A DNA stretch of 64,000 nucleotides from Klebsormidium nitens (lineage: Eukaryota; Plantae; Klebsormidiophyceae). Below are positions 46,761-60,609 of the stretch, in pieces. The stretch is from positions 62,001 to 126,000 of the forward strand of contig DF237007.1 of the NCBI GenBank assembly GCA_000708835.1, read 5' to 3'. The position numbers and the translations under genes are program-made. Every line of letters starts with the position of its first letter. Positions within the stretch are counted from its first letter, which is position 1. The notes under the pieces were generated by a model. It had not been told where the DNA came from, did no database searches, and saw only the letters and a program-made list of their open reading frames with translations.

Positions 46761-49700
46761 TCAACTGCTCGTCACCCGTTGCAGTGACGTCGTCAGATCC
46801 GGCACCATGGCAACCGTCACAACGAAATAGTCCGTCCCCAGGGGCAGCCCGAACGGGTTCCACCGCGGCCCCCTTCCCCCCCCCTCGTTCTTCCCCTCGA
46901 TCAAACCCCCCGCCATCGACTCTGGCGACGGCGGCCGCGTCACGTTGTGGTCGATGTGCACGATCTGCCCCACGATGTACTTGTGAGCGGATTCCGGCTG
47001 GTGGTGCCGGAACAGCAGAACGGACTCCTCCGCGAGGAAGTAGTACGGGCAGTTGCAGTTGACGGCCTCGTAGTGCCCGACCCCGTTCGGCAAAAACACC
47101 GCGAGCTCGTGCACGTTGAACGACGTGAAGCAGATCTTCTCCTTGCCGATCTGGACCGCGCGCTCGTGTTTTACAGCGAGCGACCGCAGCTTCTCGCTCG
47201 CGACCTCGACTTGCTTCACCAGGCGTGCTTTGGCGTCCTCCGCATGCTGGATGCGGGCCAGGAGGTCGCCGCGCTGTTGGACCAGCTGGTTGACCTGGAA
47301 AACAAAAGGAGGATTGCTTCGGACCTTAGGAGCTGGCCTTATCGGGTTGTAGTAAGTGACCAGTATTGTTGAAGAAATTTGACAGAAAGTTCTTGCACAA
47401 AAGTGGCCAAACCGTCAAAGAGATGAGCTGAGAGCTTGATGCCCTCCTGAATCAGCCAATCGACCTTAAGTAGTAGAGAGGAACGTAGTCGTTCTTGAGT
47501 ACGGGTCCTGGAAAAAGGAAAACTTACACCAATGTAAAACAAGCACAACAGGACTGATAACCTCGAACTCTGACAGCACAGTCTCCAGGAGTGCAGACCA
47601 TCTCAGGCTGAAGTTATGCAGTTCGAGCAGATCCAACACAAAAGAATGACCGCTGTGGCACATCAAACGCTCACCTCCTCCGAGCACACCAGATAAACTG
47701 CCACAAAGGCTTCTTCAGTGGGTAAAGAAAATTGTCGCAACGCACCTGCTCAGCCAGTTGCCGCACCGAGCCCACAAACACCTCCTCGTCCTCCGCACGC
47801 CCCAGGCCGCCGTTGCTGAGCGACGCCGCCAGATTGCTCAGCGCCTCCGGAAAAGCGTCCGACGGCGCTGCCAAGCACCGGTTCAGCCGGTCCAGTAGGC
47901 CGTGCATCCGGACGCTCTTGGCGCGGAGAGAGTCGTACTCCTTCCCGCGCCGCTCGGCGGTGACTAGGTTGGTCTGCGCCGTCTCGCGGGCCTCGTGCAG
48001 GTGGTTCTCCAGGTGGGCGCAGTTCACCTGCAAGCGGAGACAAACGCCTCGGTCAGTGTGGAGTTTGTGTTTGTAAACTGGCTCCTTGAAAGCGAGCTTT
48101 GACTTCTGGATTCAGCACGAACGCGCGTTACCTTTCTCAACTGTCTCACTTCGTCAAAACATGCTTATCCGACATCCGTGGCGACATACACAGTGTATCA
48201 AAGCTCGGGAGTGCTGGACGAGTTCCAAAAGTCCAGAAAGACCGAGGGCTAATTCGGAGCACGCGCCTTGTTCTGACCCAAACCTCGAAGATACAGATGG
48301 CCGCATCAAAGCTCGGGAGGGCTGGACGAGTTCCAAAAGTCCAAAAAGACCGAGGGCTGACCCGGAGCACGCGCCTTCTCTCCCCCAAAGCTCGAAGACT
48401 CAAATGGCCGCTCGACTCCTCCAAGAGAGCCCTTGCAAGAAGCAGTCCTTAGCACAGAAGTTGACCCTCTCCCCAGCTCTGAAAAGGTAAAACAAACCCC
48501 AAACCCCAAACCCCAAACCATGAAACGCTCCAACCCACCTGGCACTCGCTCAGCAGGTCTGCGTTCCGCTTCAGTTGCGTGTTCAGGTCCGCCACCTCCG
48601 CCGTTAGCGCCTGCACGCGCCCCTCCGCGTCCACGCACGCCGCCGTCCGGTGCGACAGCGCCTCCTGCAGCTGGTGGAGCTCCCGACGCAGGGTGACGTC
48701 ATGCGCCACGTCGGCTCCGCTTGCTTTATGGCGGGCGGTGTCAGCCTCATCCTGTACGGTCAGTAGCGGGCGTTCAATCAGCAAATGCGTTCTACAAGTT
48801 ACGTTCTAGCGATGTCGGCCACGTTCTGACGGTCAGAAACAAGCTTTGTTCATGAGGAGTGTGTTTCGCGTATCTCATTTAACAAAAATACGCCCTCCTT
48901 CTTCAGCGGGAGCGGTGCCGGCCCCTTCCTGACCGTTCAAAAGCACTTGGGAGTTATTCATAGTGCCTCCGTATCAGTGACGAAGGCGGACTATGCAGCT
49001 CAGGTCATTTGTGCAGGATTACGCAATCGCTGAACCCGATGCTGATTAAGGAGAACGTTGACCACTGGAACGTTCGAGCGGCTGCTTGCTGAAGGGACCC
49101 TAAGTGACAAGAAGGATGACGAAACTGCAAAAACGGGCCGCACAAGAACTTCCAGCAGAGGCTTCATCGGTACTTCGAGTAACACATGCCGAAGCAGACA
49201 AACGTGAATGGCTTTTCAGCAAACATCGTCATGTTTACGACTTTCGCAGGCAGAATCTGCTGACGAAAACAGTGACCAGAGGACTCAAACGACAGGAGCC
49301 GTGTTCGAACAAGGAACGTCTAACCCGTACCTTCGGCTCCGTCCGCTTCCCGCCAGCCTCTTCCACCCGCCCGCTTGCCCCGCCCCCTTCTTGCGACGCA
49401 CTCACCCCCCCTTCCTCCATGTCCCTCACAACGCTGCCCATCCCGCTCTCCAGCATTCGCGTCTCGCCTAGCGTCGCATCTACCATCGTTTGATCCAATC
49501 CCGCCGGCCGCGCCTCTTCCACCCTTTCCGAGGGGTTGCTCTTCTCAAGACTCGTCACATCCTCGCCGCCCATGTCCCCCCCCTTCTCCGCAGTGACGAC
49601 CGACCCCCCCTCTGCAGTACCAGACGCCTCACCCAGCGCCTGGTGCGACTTCTTATGCTGCTCCGACAGCTGCGCCTCGACCTCCCGGATCCGCTGCTCA

Positions 49701-52700
49701 TACGCCTCTAGTTGTTGCTTCTGCCTCGCCAGCGACTCCTGCAGGAACTGCGCGTGCTCGTCCTTCCGGCGCAGCGCCTCGCTCACCCGCTGCGCCGCCT
49801 CCCTCCTCCGAGGGGGGGCGGGCTCTGCCGATTCCTCCCCCCCAGCCTCCTCCTCTTCTTCCAAAGTGCACAGCATCGCGACTGCGGCTGCATACTCAGA
49901 CCGCAACCACGCGTTCTCCACTTCCATGTCGTAGCCACCGCCCGCCACCCCCCCTTCAACTGACGTCTCTCTCCTCTCCACCCCCGTCATGATGCTGACG
50001 TCACCCCCGCCCTCGAACGCCCCCGCCTTCTGCGACCCCACCATCGTACTCGTAATCATCGCCCCGCTCCCGCTCATGCTCGCCGACAGCTGTCTCGACC
50101 CCCCCCCCAGCCGGCTCTTCGGCCGCTCCTCCGGCACCCCCCCGATCTGCGCCAAGTTTTGCAAGTCCGCAACGTCGATGTCGAGCAGCGAAGAATCGAA
50201 GGTGGGCACGTTCACCTCGCACTGGCTGGGCACTCCCGAGAGGCCCATCCCCTCTAGGATCTCCCGTGGTAAAAGGCCCTGCTGCCGCATGAACTCCTCC
50301 CGGCGCGCCACCTCAGCATCGCGATCTCGCGCCATGCGCTCTGCCAGCTGGCCGGCCTTGCGCGTGTACAACTCAGCATAGGCCTTGCGCCGGACGACCT
50401 CAGCAAGGCACGCGCGGTAGCTGGACGCGACCTTTCGCACAAGGAGCAGCTCGGCGAACACCTCCTCCTGCGGTTTGAAGGGTAGTGGAGCTTCAAACTA
50501 CGTAAATCACAGGTTGACTGTCGGAGAACAGAAAAAGCAGGGACGAAATGATAGACAATAAGCAAAAGAGGGACACATGGCAAGACAAGCAAGGAAAAAG
50601 ATTCGGATCTAGTGGCCCAACTTATGGCAAACCCTGCCGTCAAGATATGAAGCTCAGGCTATCTAAAGAGGAAAGACTTGGGGCCCATTTGGCAATTTTG
50701 AAATGCATTGGCGCGTCGGTTCTCTGCAGGTGCTGACAGTTTGATAATCAGCGACCAGCAGGAGCACACTCCGTTCGATACCAGTCTGTTCCAGCCAGCT
50801 GGCCAAAACGCCCCACCTGTCTCTGCATCGCCTCCCGGTAGCCCACCAGCTGGTTCCGCATGTCGCGGATCCGCCGCTGGAGGGCCGCCACGCTCTGCAG
50901 CTGCGTATGCACGCAGCGCGTCATCGCGACCTTGCACTTATTCATGTGTTGCACGAGCCCCGAGAGGCGCGCATCACAGTGTTCCACGGTGGGTAAGTGG
51001 TTGTTGATGTGGACCTCGCTCATCGGGTCGAGGGCCGCAACCGCGTCGAGGGGGCGAAGGGACGAGGTGAGCTGCCCGCTGACGCAGTCTTCGACCAGCT
51101 TTTTGACGGTGTTCAGGTCCTTGCTGGAGAAGGATAGAGAGACTCATCAGCCACGAAATCAACATTTGGTCGATGCTAAAATGGCCCTGGAGTGCGTCAC
51201 GAGATTAACGACGGCTTTTAGTTCTTGTACAGGTGGAAGTAGGATGTAACAATTGCCTGTCAAATCGACTAATAAGTGACCTCCAATCGAGCTGAATAAT
51301 TGGCAGTGTTCAGGTCTTTGCTGCAAGTGGAGGGTTAAGGAGAACGCTAAGCCAGAGGAACGAGATCGTTGATTCGGCTTTGGGCTCACCTGGAGGCCAT
51401 TCGGAGCATAGCCAATCAAGCGGCTGCTCTTAAGTCGCTGCTGCAGAAACCAAAATCCCTAGAACATTGGGCTCTCCGTCAACTTCCTAAAGTTCGGGGT
51501 TAACGCGCTCCTGAATAGACTATCCTCCACTTGAACCTCGATTGTATCCCCGTTCTGTGAACCAAACCCCAAGGCAAATACGACCCAGACCATCCCTCCT
51601 TTAATGTAACCTCTTTCAAAACGTCAAGGTTCGCTACCTTCTGCGACGTTGGAAACAAACCATAAGCTATGTTCCAGACGCAGAATCGGTGTAGAATCAT
51701 GGCAAAACTACTGACTCTACTTTACGCTGGCCTTGACTTCTTACGCACCTGAGCGACTGCAGAATGCTCGCTTGCTCGTCCACCGCCGCCTGGTGCTCGT
51801 CCATCTGGTCTTCAATGTGCTCCAAATCGACATCTGGTTCCGTCATCTTGAGGTCCTCTACGTTCCTTTGCAGGCCCGTGAATTGAGCCCGCAACTCGCC
51901 GACCTTGGCCTCGAAGTGGGTATGCGAGGTTGCGCAGTCGTCAGCCCACTTTCGGATGCCCTGGTCGTTCAGACAGTCCAGCAAGGTGCTGCAAATGAGG
52001 ATGACGCATGCCATCAATGAGTGAGACTTCTAATTTCAACTGCATCAACTACCTTTTCGCATGGTCAGCCACTGCTGATAGGCACGTGATTGACACGAAC
52101 CCTGCTACAATTAGAGAAAGAGGACTCTTTGCCTTACTTTACGAAAACAAGGACTCACATCACTAGGGACATCGTTGACACAGCTGCTAGTGCACGATTC
52201 AAGCCTTTTCGAGTATTTTCAGACAAGGCCTGGGATGCGGGGGACATCCACAGCAGCACTACATCACTCACCTGCGACTTTCTGTCTTGAGGACCGGGTG
52301 CAGCTCCGTGTTGCGAAGGCGCTCCATGTCCCGCTCAAAGTTGCCGAGAATGTCAGAGTGCTTCCGGTGTTGCTCTTGGCAGGAGCGGGTAAATTCATCA
52401 TATCTGCAGGTGCAGTGACGAAGGTGGCTTTTTGAGTCATGCAGACAATGCCCCAACATCTGATCACCGTCTCTTGAGGGGGCAACTCCTCACTCATACT
52501 GAGTATGATAAGTTCGACTCTGCGTATCCAAAACTGGTATGTTACTTGGTCGTGAGTTGCTGACTGCCAAGGGCTCTGTACAGTATGATGAAAATGTCAC
52601 TACCCCGAAGAACAACTTCGCTCTGCTCAGAGGATGGTGATCACCAAAGGGGATCAGACCCCAGGACGAATATGCTTTTAAGGAGAGAACACCTCCTTCT

Positions 52701-54845
52701 GCACTCCCAGCGTAGGGCAACTAAGTAGAGCATTGCATTAACATGCATGAGAGTGCCTTCCGAGAACTGTACCCAAGAGCGCCAGAGGAAATTGAAATGT
52801 ATTTTAACTGAATGGAGCGCTTCTCTCTCCTGTTGTATATGTGAGTCAGCTCACCTCTGCTTCATATGGCTGTAGTAAATGTCCATGTTGCCGCGTGCTG
52901 TCTGGATAGCCATGGCCTGCACCTCCATCTCAGCAAACAGCTGCCTGGAGACACAAAACAAGATCATCTGATTTCAAAAGTGCGCCGAGTAAGATTGTGA
53001 AGAGTCGATGGGGGCAGTCTTTCCTCAGAAGAATGACCGCATTTCCTAAAGCAACAAGCCGTCAATGTGCGGTTTTGTTCAAAACCAAGCCGCGTTTTTA
53101 GAACAGATGCCGACTACCGTTCCTGAAGAAGCTTCGGACCAAATCATGTGTTGTCCCAAAAATCTGCATGTCCAGAGAACAAGCAACAAGGGCGAAAGGC
53201 ACACACAGAAGGATACACCGTCTTTCACCACTTCTTAACCACTGAGCCCCTCACCTGCACAAGTCATACCGCTGCTGGCTCCCCCGCCAAATCGCCTGCG
53301 CCTTCTGATAGTGATACCGAAACTGCCGCTCGTACGAGGGCAGCGCCCGCAGGAGCGGGTTTGGACTCTCATCTAGGGGGTGGCCAATCTCCAGCCTAGA
53401 TGGTTCCCCAGGAAGCTCCAGCTCGACATCGTCGACTAGGTCTGCCTCTGGAATTGGAGCATCAGCGACTAGACTGGACCGGTTGAAGAGGAACACGTGC
53501 TTGTCTTCGGCGGGGAGGCCGTAGTGGCCGAGCGTGCGGGAAGGCTCCAGGCGCAGGTCGCGGCAGATGAGCATCTGCTCGGCGGGGGGCACGCCCATGA
53601 GGGTGGCCAGCGCCTTTTGGACGACATCCACGCTGCAGGGGGGTGGGAAGAATCCAAGTCAGGAAGCGCCGTACTAACAAATGGATGCAATTAATAGAAT
53701 GGTTCTCACACTGCGCTTTCATCTGCACGAACGCTGTGCACAAGTTTGGGTTTTGGAGTAACACAAAAGGGAAGTGAAAGTTTGCTGCAGAAGACAGGAT
53801 GGCCATCTTGCACAAAGAGAAGGCTCCACAATGCTGAGAGTGAGGGTGACGCCAAAAACAACATAGTCATTTTAGAAAGGCATCAGTGATCAGACTGACA
53901 GGAAATCAAAAGCATGAGAAAGGGACAGAGTGCAGAGGGCTCCAAGCGACGGGTTTCCGTAGATACATGTACAATGCGCAGTGCCTATCTGATACAATAC
54001 ATTCTGCAACAGTGATTCATGACGTACATTGACATGTTAGCAGGTGTGAGAAGCGCTGATAGGACCTTGGACGGCCCATTCCAAACTCAAGGGGCACAGA
54101 AACCTTAAGCAGCTTGAATCTACAAAGTTTAGCAATGGACACTTTTTGTCCTTCTAGGAGAGTTTTGGTTTATCCTCCTGAAAAAGTCAAGCTCTGCAAG
54201 CAGAAAAGAACGTAGGAATGCCACAGCAGAACTGGCTGTATAGAGGACAAGCTTTCGCACAGACCCCGCTTGTTAGAGACCCAGCACTCTCTTAACCCAT
54301 ACAGAAGAGACCATCTTATGTACAATCCCCGTTGCGCTATACCCGCTGCGCTGTGAAGTGTTCGGGTTGTGTTGATGAAATGGACAGCAACAGCCAGAGC
54401 ACACAGAACACAGCCAGAACAAATGAGTCAGAGGCTGTTCATTTTCACAACCAGCAAGCTCCTCTACTAGAAGTTGTCCAGTTTCACAGCCAGCAGCTCT
54501 TCTGCTATAAGTTGTCTGTCAAGTGTGCTTGCAGAGAGGCCAAAATGGAAACAACATGGGTGCCTGCATCCAGGGGCACTTTCTGCAATAGGAAGGGCTT
54601 GAGAGACTCCTAACAAATAAGGAAGTGCCTGCAGATGATAGAAACAGCTTAACAGCAGCTTGCAACTCAGCGGTTGGAATCAAGATAAGCAATTGGAAAA
54701 GCAGAAAACCGGGGAACTGCCGGGTTTCAGCAGAGCAGACTCAAGAACAGCACAGGCAAAATATGACAAAACAAGAAACATACCTAGTGCTGGCCTGGCA
54801 GTCCAGTTCAAACTTCTTGCCATTCTGAGCCACGTGAATCAACAT
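46761..54845 (-). CDS. ATG11: Autophagy-related protein 11 (1124 aa)
   Basis: Ten exons: 54845-54784, 53632-53255, 52944-52855, 52403-52272, 51988-51749, 51123-50817, 50467-49331, 48751-48539, 48027-47746, 47294-46761; total 3375 nt with consistent phases. Features include MLIHVAQNGKKFELDC, a ubiquitin-like N-terminus, YRACLAEVVRRKA, coiled coils and the C-terminal claw (KEKICFTSFNVHELAVFLPN...YIVGQIVHI...NPFGLPLGTDYFVVTVAMVP). Confidence 0.95.
48197..48412 (+). repeat. Two-copy 108-bp direct tandem repeat in an ATG11 intron
   Basis: ATCAAAGCTCGGGAG...GGACGAGTTCCAAAAGTCC...GACCGAGGGCT...GGAGCACGCGCCTT...CTCGAAGA...ATGGCCGC begins at 48197 and again at 48305. Confidence 0.9.
48494..48519 (+). 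repeat. Short (AAACCCC)n telomere-like microsatellite
   Basis: AAACCCC AAACCCC AAACCCC AAACC, about 20 nt from the ATG11 exon 8 donor site. Confidence 0.7.
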
Positions 54846-55700
54846 GGCTGCCTCTTGCTATCCAGTCACTCCTCACAGTTTGTGTGTCTCCGGCGGAGAC
54901 GACTGGTCTCGTCGACCATGCGCAAAAGAAATACTGCCAGCGACAGGGCCCTTGGCCCTGCTTGTACTTTGGCTTTGGCCTGCAAACGCTGGAAACCTCC
55001 AAGGTGGAGACGAGGAAGAGAACAAGCAGGCCCTGGCGACGAAGGAGCAGGAAGGAGTCCCCAGAAAGATCATGAAAAGTGACTTGAAATGGGGGCCAAA
55101 ATTCCAGACTGCAACTTGCAAAGCAAACCCTCAATTCTGGAGTTCAGGAAGGTGCACAATGTCCAAAGTAGCGTACTCGCACGCGACGTGTCAGACAGAA
55201 GACAGCGCTCCCGGTCATCGAACGGCAAAGCCGGCGCTATCCTCGTCATCGAATGGTCAGCACTGCTTGAGTTCTGACTAAAATCCACCCAAATGGCGGC
55301 TAAATAAACGGTCTCGGTTCGGAGCACGTAGTGCCCGGGAACGTGAGGCGGCTACGGCATCCAAGGAGGTGCAAGTCCTCGGTTGCTTCATGACAGTGTC
55401 CACCCGGTCACTATCGAAAGTGACTGAGTACCCGGTACCTAGCACCAGTTTTAGGGTTCGCTTTGCTCCCACTACCTAGCTTCCTCTACCTGCCCCTCTA
55501 CTCTCTAGCTGGTCTAGCTGCCCTTCACACTTTTCACACTCTTTGATGACACCTCATGGTGGCGCCTCAACCGCAAGCTAGCCAGTGGATTTTGGCAGCA
55601 CTAAGGACTAGCAGTAGTTGAATAAAAGCTTCTGTGAAAGGAGCAGGTCCAGCGGGTTGCACCCAGAGAAGACTTCCAGTGTTCCAGCAATTGAAAGCCA

Positions 55701-58700
55701 ATGGCGGAACCGAACCCGCGCATTCGTTCAATGGGGTGGCTGACGGAATCAACCGTCATGCCCAAGAAACAGAAGGTCATTCAGGGGGTTGGGCCAAGCA
55801 GTGTGGTGGAGCTGAAAGCGGAACTATACAAAGCTCAGGTGAGCCAATCAGCATTTCTTTTGACACCTTGTAAACTAAGGAAGGTAGGAAAGTTCATTGA
55901 GAAAAAGTGGTTTCAACATGAAATGCTGACAATTGGAGGATGACATGACTGCGAGGCTGCGACCTTAACAGGTCAACAACCATGTGCTCACCTGCTCCTT
56001 GTGTATGCCACCATGTTTCTTCGAGGTTGTGATGCTAAAGGCCCGGCAGCTCTGGTGTGTGCAAAAGTGTGCGTTAAATTCAGTAAATTCAGTACATTGT
56101 GTACGGTGATGTTGAAATGGAGAGTCAGTTTGAGGCAGGACCTTTAAGGACATTAAAACTTCTTTTGAAAGCGTTTATTTGGAAAGAGATGAGAATCACA
56201 AAGAGCGTGGCGAGAGTTTGCACACTGTTTGCACCCTGATTATCGATGTCATATTGATCATTCTTGCTCACTTGCAGGAAGAGGCAAAGAGGTCCAAGGA
56301 CCTGGACCCTGGGGAGAGGAAAAGTAGGAAGGTGGGTTCCACCACCTTTCGAGCCCCTAAAGTTTGAGCCCAGACTACCCGCCCATGTTTATTTGCGATA
56401 ATAAGCATCTTTATTTTCTGTGCAATACCATACCAGTATCCCCGAGTTGAGGCTTGCTATGATTGAAAATGTCTGCCTGTTCAGGAGTTTGTTAGGATTG
56501 TTCAACGTGCTCATCTCGAGAACAAGGATGATGGTTATTGGAGCAACATGCAAGTCATTTTTCAGGCCAGACCTTGTTCTAGGCGTAGCACAGTTCCTCA
56601 GTACAGCAAGCTCTACCCTGAAAAGAAGGGGGCTAAGAACGCGACTCCATAGCGCACTAGGATAAGAGCATTGACACTGTTTTCTATGTACGAACAAGAC
56701 CTCAACACCAGGCGTCGTCACCCAAAGTACAAACGTCGGACCCGCGCGCAATGAGAGATCTCAGATCAGCATCCTGAATTGGACACATCAGTTTCGTATT
56801 ACAGGAGCGAGGAATCAACATAGCGGACTTGATGTCAAAGCAGAACCCGGGCGTCGAAATGCGCAACCGGCGGGACGAGCAGCAAACAGAGGCAGAACAA
56901 GATGTGTATGCTGCGCTGGAGCGGAAGGCCGAACTATATGATAAACTAGGTGAGGGCCATTCTGCTTGGTTGTTTTCTCGTATATCTTTCTCATGTTCTC
57001 TGTCGTCTAGTCTTCTTGGTCCTTTCCTTCACATCCCTTTTCTTGCCCTCGTACTTTCGGCGTCAAATCCTGTTCCCCACTTTCACCTGTTTTCGCTCGT
57101 AAGTCCTTGTTACGGTCTTGTTAACGTAGTTGATCTTGGGAAACAACTTCGCAGAAAGGGCTTTCTGTTCGTTTCCTTCGTCTCCATTTTGATTGCGCCC
57201 CCTTCCGACCCGGTCACAGAATCCATGACAGCCTTTTCAGCCCTGGCCAAAGCCTCAATCACAAGGCCCGACGGTGCTAATTTCGGAAGAAGTCAATCTT
57301 TCGTGATTGAAGTGACGCTCTATCAAATACATACACACAAGTCCTGACGGTGTTAAACTCCGGGTCAATTCAAATTCTCGTGATTATAGTGACGCTCTAT
57401 TAAGATACACGGCCTTTCATGAACAGCTCGGGCTCATTGCTTTGACTTAAAAGGGCATCGTTCACAGAACCTGCTTCCAGCAGAGTAGTCCAAGCAACGA
57501 GACAAGTCTGAATTGTAGGAGCCTGCGCACTGATTCCTGTTGCCATTGATGTCTGATCGCAGCACGGGGGGACATAGCAGACGACGAGCGGAAGGAACGG
57601 TACAGCGTGGACTTCTTTTCGAAGGGTGGTCGAATTGCGGAAGAGGACGATGACCCGCGCGAACAGCGGCGAGGGGCCGAGATTGCGTGGAGTTACAACG
57701 GGGGCGCTGGAGGGAGCAGGGATGTGGAGTCAGAAAGAGAGACCGAAAGGGAGAGGGAAGAACGGGAAAGGGAGGAGCGAGAAAGGAGGCGCGCTGCGGA
57801 AGGTGCGTGCAAACCTGTTCTCGAGCTGTTCTACCGGATTGGTGCAGCGTGGACATTCGTTTATATTGTAGCCGAGGCTAACACTCTCATAATCTGCTGT
57901 AGTATCGCCCGTATTTTATGATGGCTCACTGTTGACCGAATCATAAAGTGCCCGAAAACGTTGTTGCAACTTTCAGAGTAAGGTGATTAGAAGCGTTTCA
58001 ATGGACCAGAGAGGGTGCTTGTCGTGTCTTTGCAGTTCGCTGACCCAGAGGCGATGAAAAGGTTGCCATGCTTCACAAGCTCGCTGGCAGAAGATATGAA
58101 AAGGGATTCCCGTTGAGATGGAAATGGACCAGATCATCGAGCAAGAATGGTCGCTTTTTAAAATCAGCGAAACAGGTCTGAAAGACACAGGCTCACTTCG
58201 ACGGTTAAACTAAGGGCGGCGACGTTTTCTTTGTACTATCACAGAAGTTCGGGACCGCTAGCATCAAATGATCAGGTTCAACTGCCTTGTGGAGCGACAC
58301 GAAGGAGACCGCCCTTACACGTTTCACGGGTTGCACTTGGATACCCTTTGGTTGGATCAGCGGGGATTGAAAACGTAACGATGATTGAATGCGTTGAGGG
58401 CAACGGTCGAGTATAAAATGATAGCACGAGTACTGCTCTTGAGACTCTGTGGAAGACTGATAGTACACTGCGCCTGTTGTATGCAGAAGAAGCAGAGGGC
58501 CGGCGGAGACAAGAGGCGAAAGAGCTGATACAAGAGGTGAGTTCAGTTCCCAAGTATGCTGCTTTATCATCGAGCGCATGGGATGCCCTTGAATCGGTGA
58601 TCACATGGATCTCCACGAAACCTTATCGCACTTGCACGAAGGACTGGAACTCGAGATCAGCACTAATTGAGGTGACGAGTGCTTGCCCGATACACTCTAA

Positions 58701-58996
58701 CCAAAACGACCCCAAGATTCACTATGCTCGAGGCAAAGTCAGTGTCGGGCTCAGCACACAAGTGTGCAGATTTGGTACCAAGCGAAGAGCCTCGTTCTTC
58801 TGGATCTTTAAGGTTGGTCATTGAAAAAAGAGAGAATGCATCCGTGCAGGTGCATAAGGAGACCGTGGCCGGTCGGGAGAAGGCCGCGGAGCTAAAGCAA
58901 AGGAGACAGGAGCAAGCCGAGAAGACTAGGGAACGACTAAAAGCGGCTTTTTTGAAAAAGCAAGCGCAGAAGTTGCGGACACAAGGTGCACTGTGA
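55701..58996 (+). CDS. CCDC174: CCDC174-like (plant At4g18257-like) coiled-coil protein (257 aa)
   Basis: Exons 55701-55838, 56278-56331, 56805-56949, 57563-57802, 58487-58536, 58850-58996; 774 nt with consistent phases. Motifs SMGWLTESTVMPKK, GVGPSSVVELKAELYKAQEEAK, NPGVEMRNRRD, LERKAELYDKLARG, YSVDFFSKG. Confidence 0.85.
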
Positions 58997-59773
58997 CTTG
59001 CGCATCGGTCATGGGTTGTATATTGAGACCCATGTAGGGTACATCATCGTCCATTTCCAATGATGCAGGAGCCCTTTCTTGAGTGGTGCTGCCGTCGTGT
59101 CACCGGCTAATGACCGACACCTGGCAACGTGTGAGCCGCACATGTGTTTTGTAAGAATGACCGTTAGATGAGCTTTTCTTCTCCTGGTGATGGATTGCGC
59201 GGGGCAATTAAAGAATAGTCGTGTTGATAGCATTGTCGAAAGTTCTCATTGTGTGGGTGCATGTCAAGGGTGCATGCTCTCATGAGGCGCCAAGATTGAG
59301 GGAAACGCAAATCTCCTCCTCGTATGACAGTTCGTGCATACAATAGACTGATACTAAGTCATCCTCGAAAGCTCACGGCATGTGGGCCCAACGCAACATG
59401 TGCACATCAATATCTGGCACGTGCCAACCTCGCTAATTGGCCATGTTCGACCGTTCATTCATTCATGTACGGGAAGATTGCGGTGTGTGTTGCCTCCGTC
59501 GTCTCTACTCGGCACTCTTCAGTGGCGTGCGTCCAATTGCAGGTGCATTGAGGTTCCGTCTGCCGCACATACCGCAGCCGCGCTGGTACATGCGGTGTGC
59601 AGCGCGGCTGCCGCCCGGGCCGGGCGCGAGTACAGGGGTCACGTGCTTCGATCAAGAAGTCCGGTCCAACTAACCGGTGAGTCCGTGGCCAGGGGCTCTC
59701 GCGACTGCGAGTCACAACCGTCGATCTTAGACAGTGGAGAAAGATCGATGGTTGCGAACTTGCTGTCGGGATA

Positions 59774-59997
59774 CAGGTCGCGCAGAGGACGCCGGTCGGC
59801 CGGCCGCCGGACGGGCAGGTGACGTCCGCGAGCGCGGCTACAGTCATACCAAACTGGAAGTTTCGTCATTGACTTCTGACTTATTTGCCAGTTGCCGGCC
59901 TTGCGTAATATGAGAGATTCCTCTTAAAATCTGTGAGGCTGGGTTGGGTCACCAGGTCGCGCGGAGGACGCCGGTCGGCCGGGGCCCGGATGGGCAT
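59774..59997 (+). repeat. Imperfect GC-rich ~45-bp direct repeat pair
   Basis: CAGGTCGCGC(A/G)GAGGACGCCGGTCGGCCGG...CCGGA(C/T)GGGCA starts at 59774 and 59953. Confidence 0.7.
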
Positions 59998-60609
59998 TCG
60001 TCCGGTGTTAGACGGAACCCAGACGAAGGTATCATGCATTGAACGACTATATTGAAGACTGTAGCCTGTCTCGCTGCGTACAAGCCGTTGCCTTCTCAGA
60101 CTCTTAGGTAGCTTAGTAGTCCACTAATTCAAAGCGACATTGCTTGATAGCCTAGGCACAAACTTGGCTCATGCTTCTGACATGCTTTTAACATTTCCAG
60201 CAGAGCTGAGCATTGAGCAGATTAAGGGCGCTTCTTCTTGGCGCTACTACCATACCGCAGCATTCCTTTCGGACTCAATACTAATCTACTAAGGAGTCAA
60301 TAAGTTGTGGTTGGAAGTATTACAAGTTCTTTGTAGCGGCAACCAGACAACATAACAAGATAACAAGTGTTTCAAGCCTGAGACTCTACAAAAAGCCGGG
60401 GAAAGAGCTTTTCACTATCGTAAGCCGCTGTTGAAGGCTGTTTCAACCAGCTGGACCTATTCTCCTCTCGCCCCTCTTCAAGTCGTAGACCCACAGAAGT
60501 GCAGCCTTGCGCGATTAGTTGAATTTCGTTCCACACGTCCGTACAGTACCCGGTCGAGCTGAGGACTTCAGGAGAGTTTTGCGCGCGGTATTGCTACTCC
60601 AGAGGCTTC

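Noticed and set aside
49375-50381. Several + strand Pro/Ser-rich ORFs
   Set aside because: Antisense shadows of ATG11 exon 7.
55278-55472. Candidate first exon of ATG11 (LKLVLGTGYSVTFD)
   Set aside because: No ATG or suitable donor. The exon at 54845-54784 (MLIHVAQNGKKFELDCQASTS) matches the ATG11 N-terminus and has the required phase 2.
57303-57410. Short imperfect direct repeat (GTGATT...GTGACGCTCTAT) in a CCDC174-like intron
   Set aside because: About 25 bp, two copies, no functional signature.
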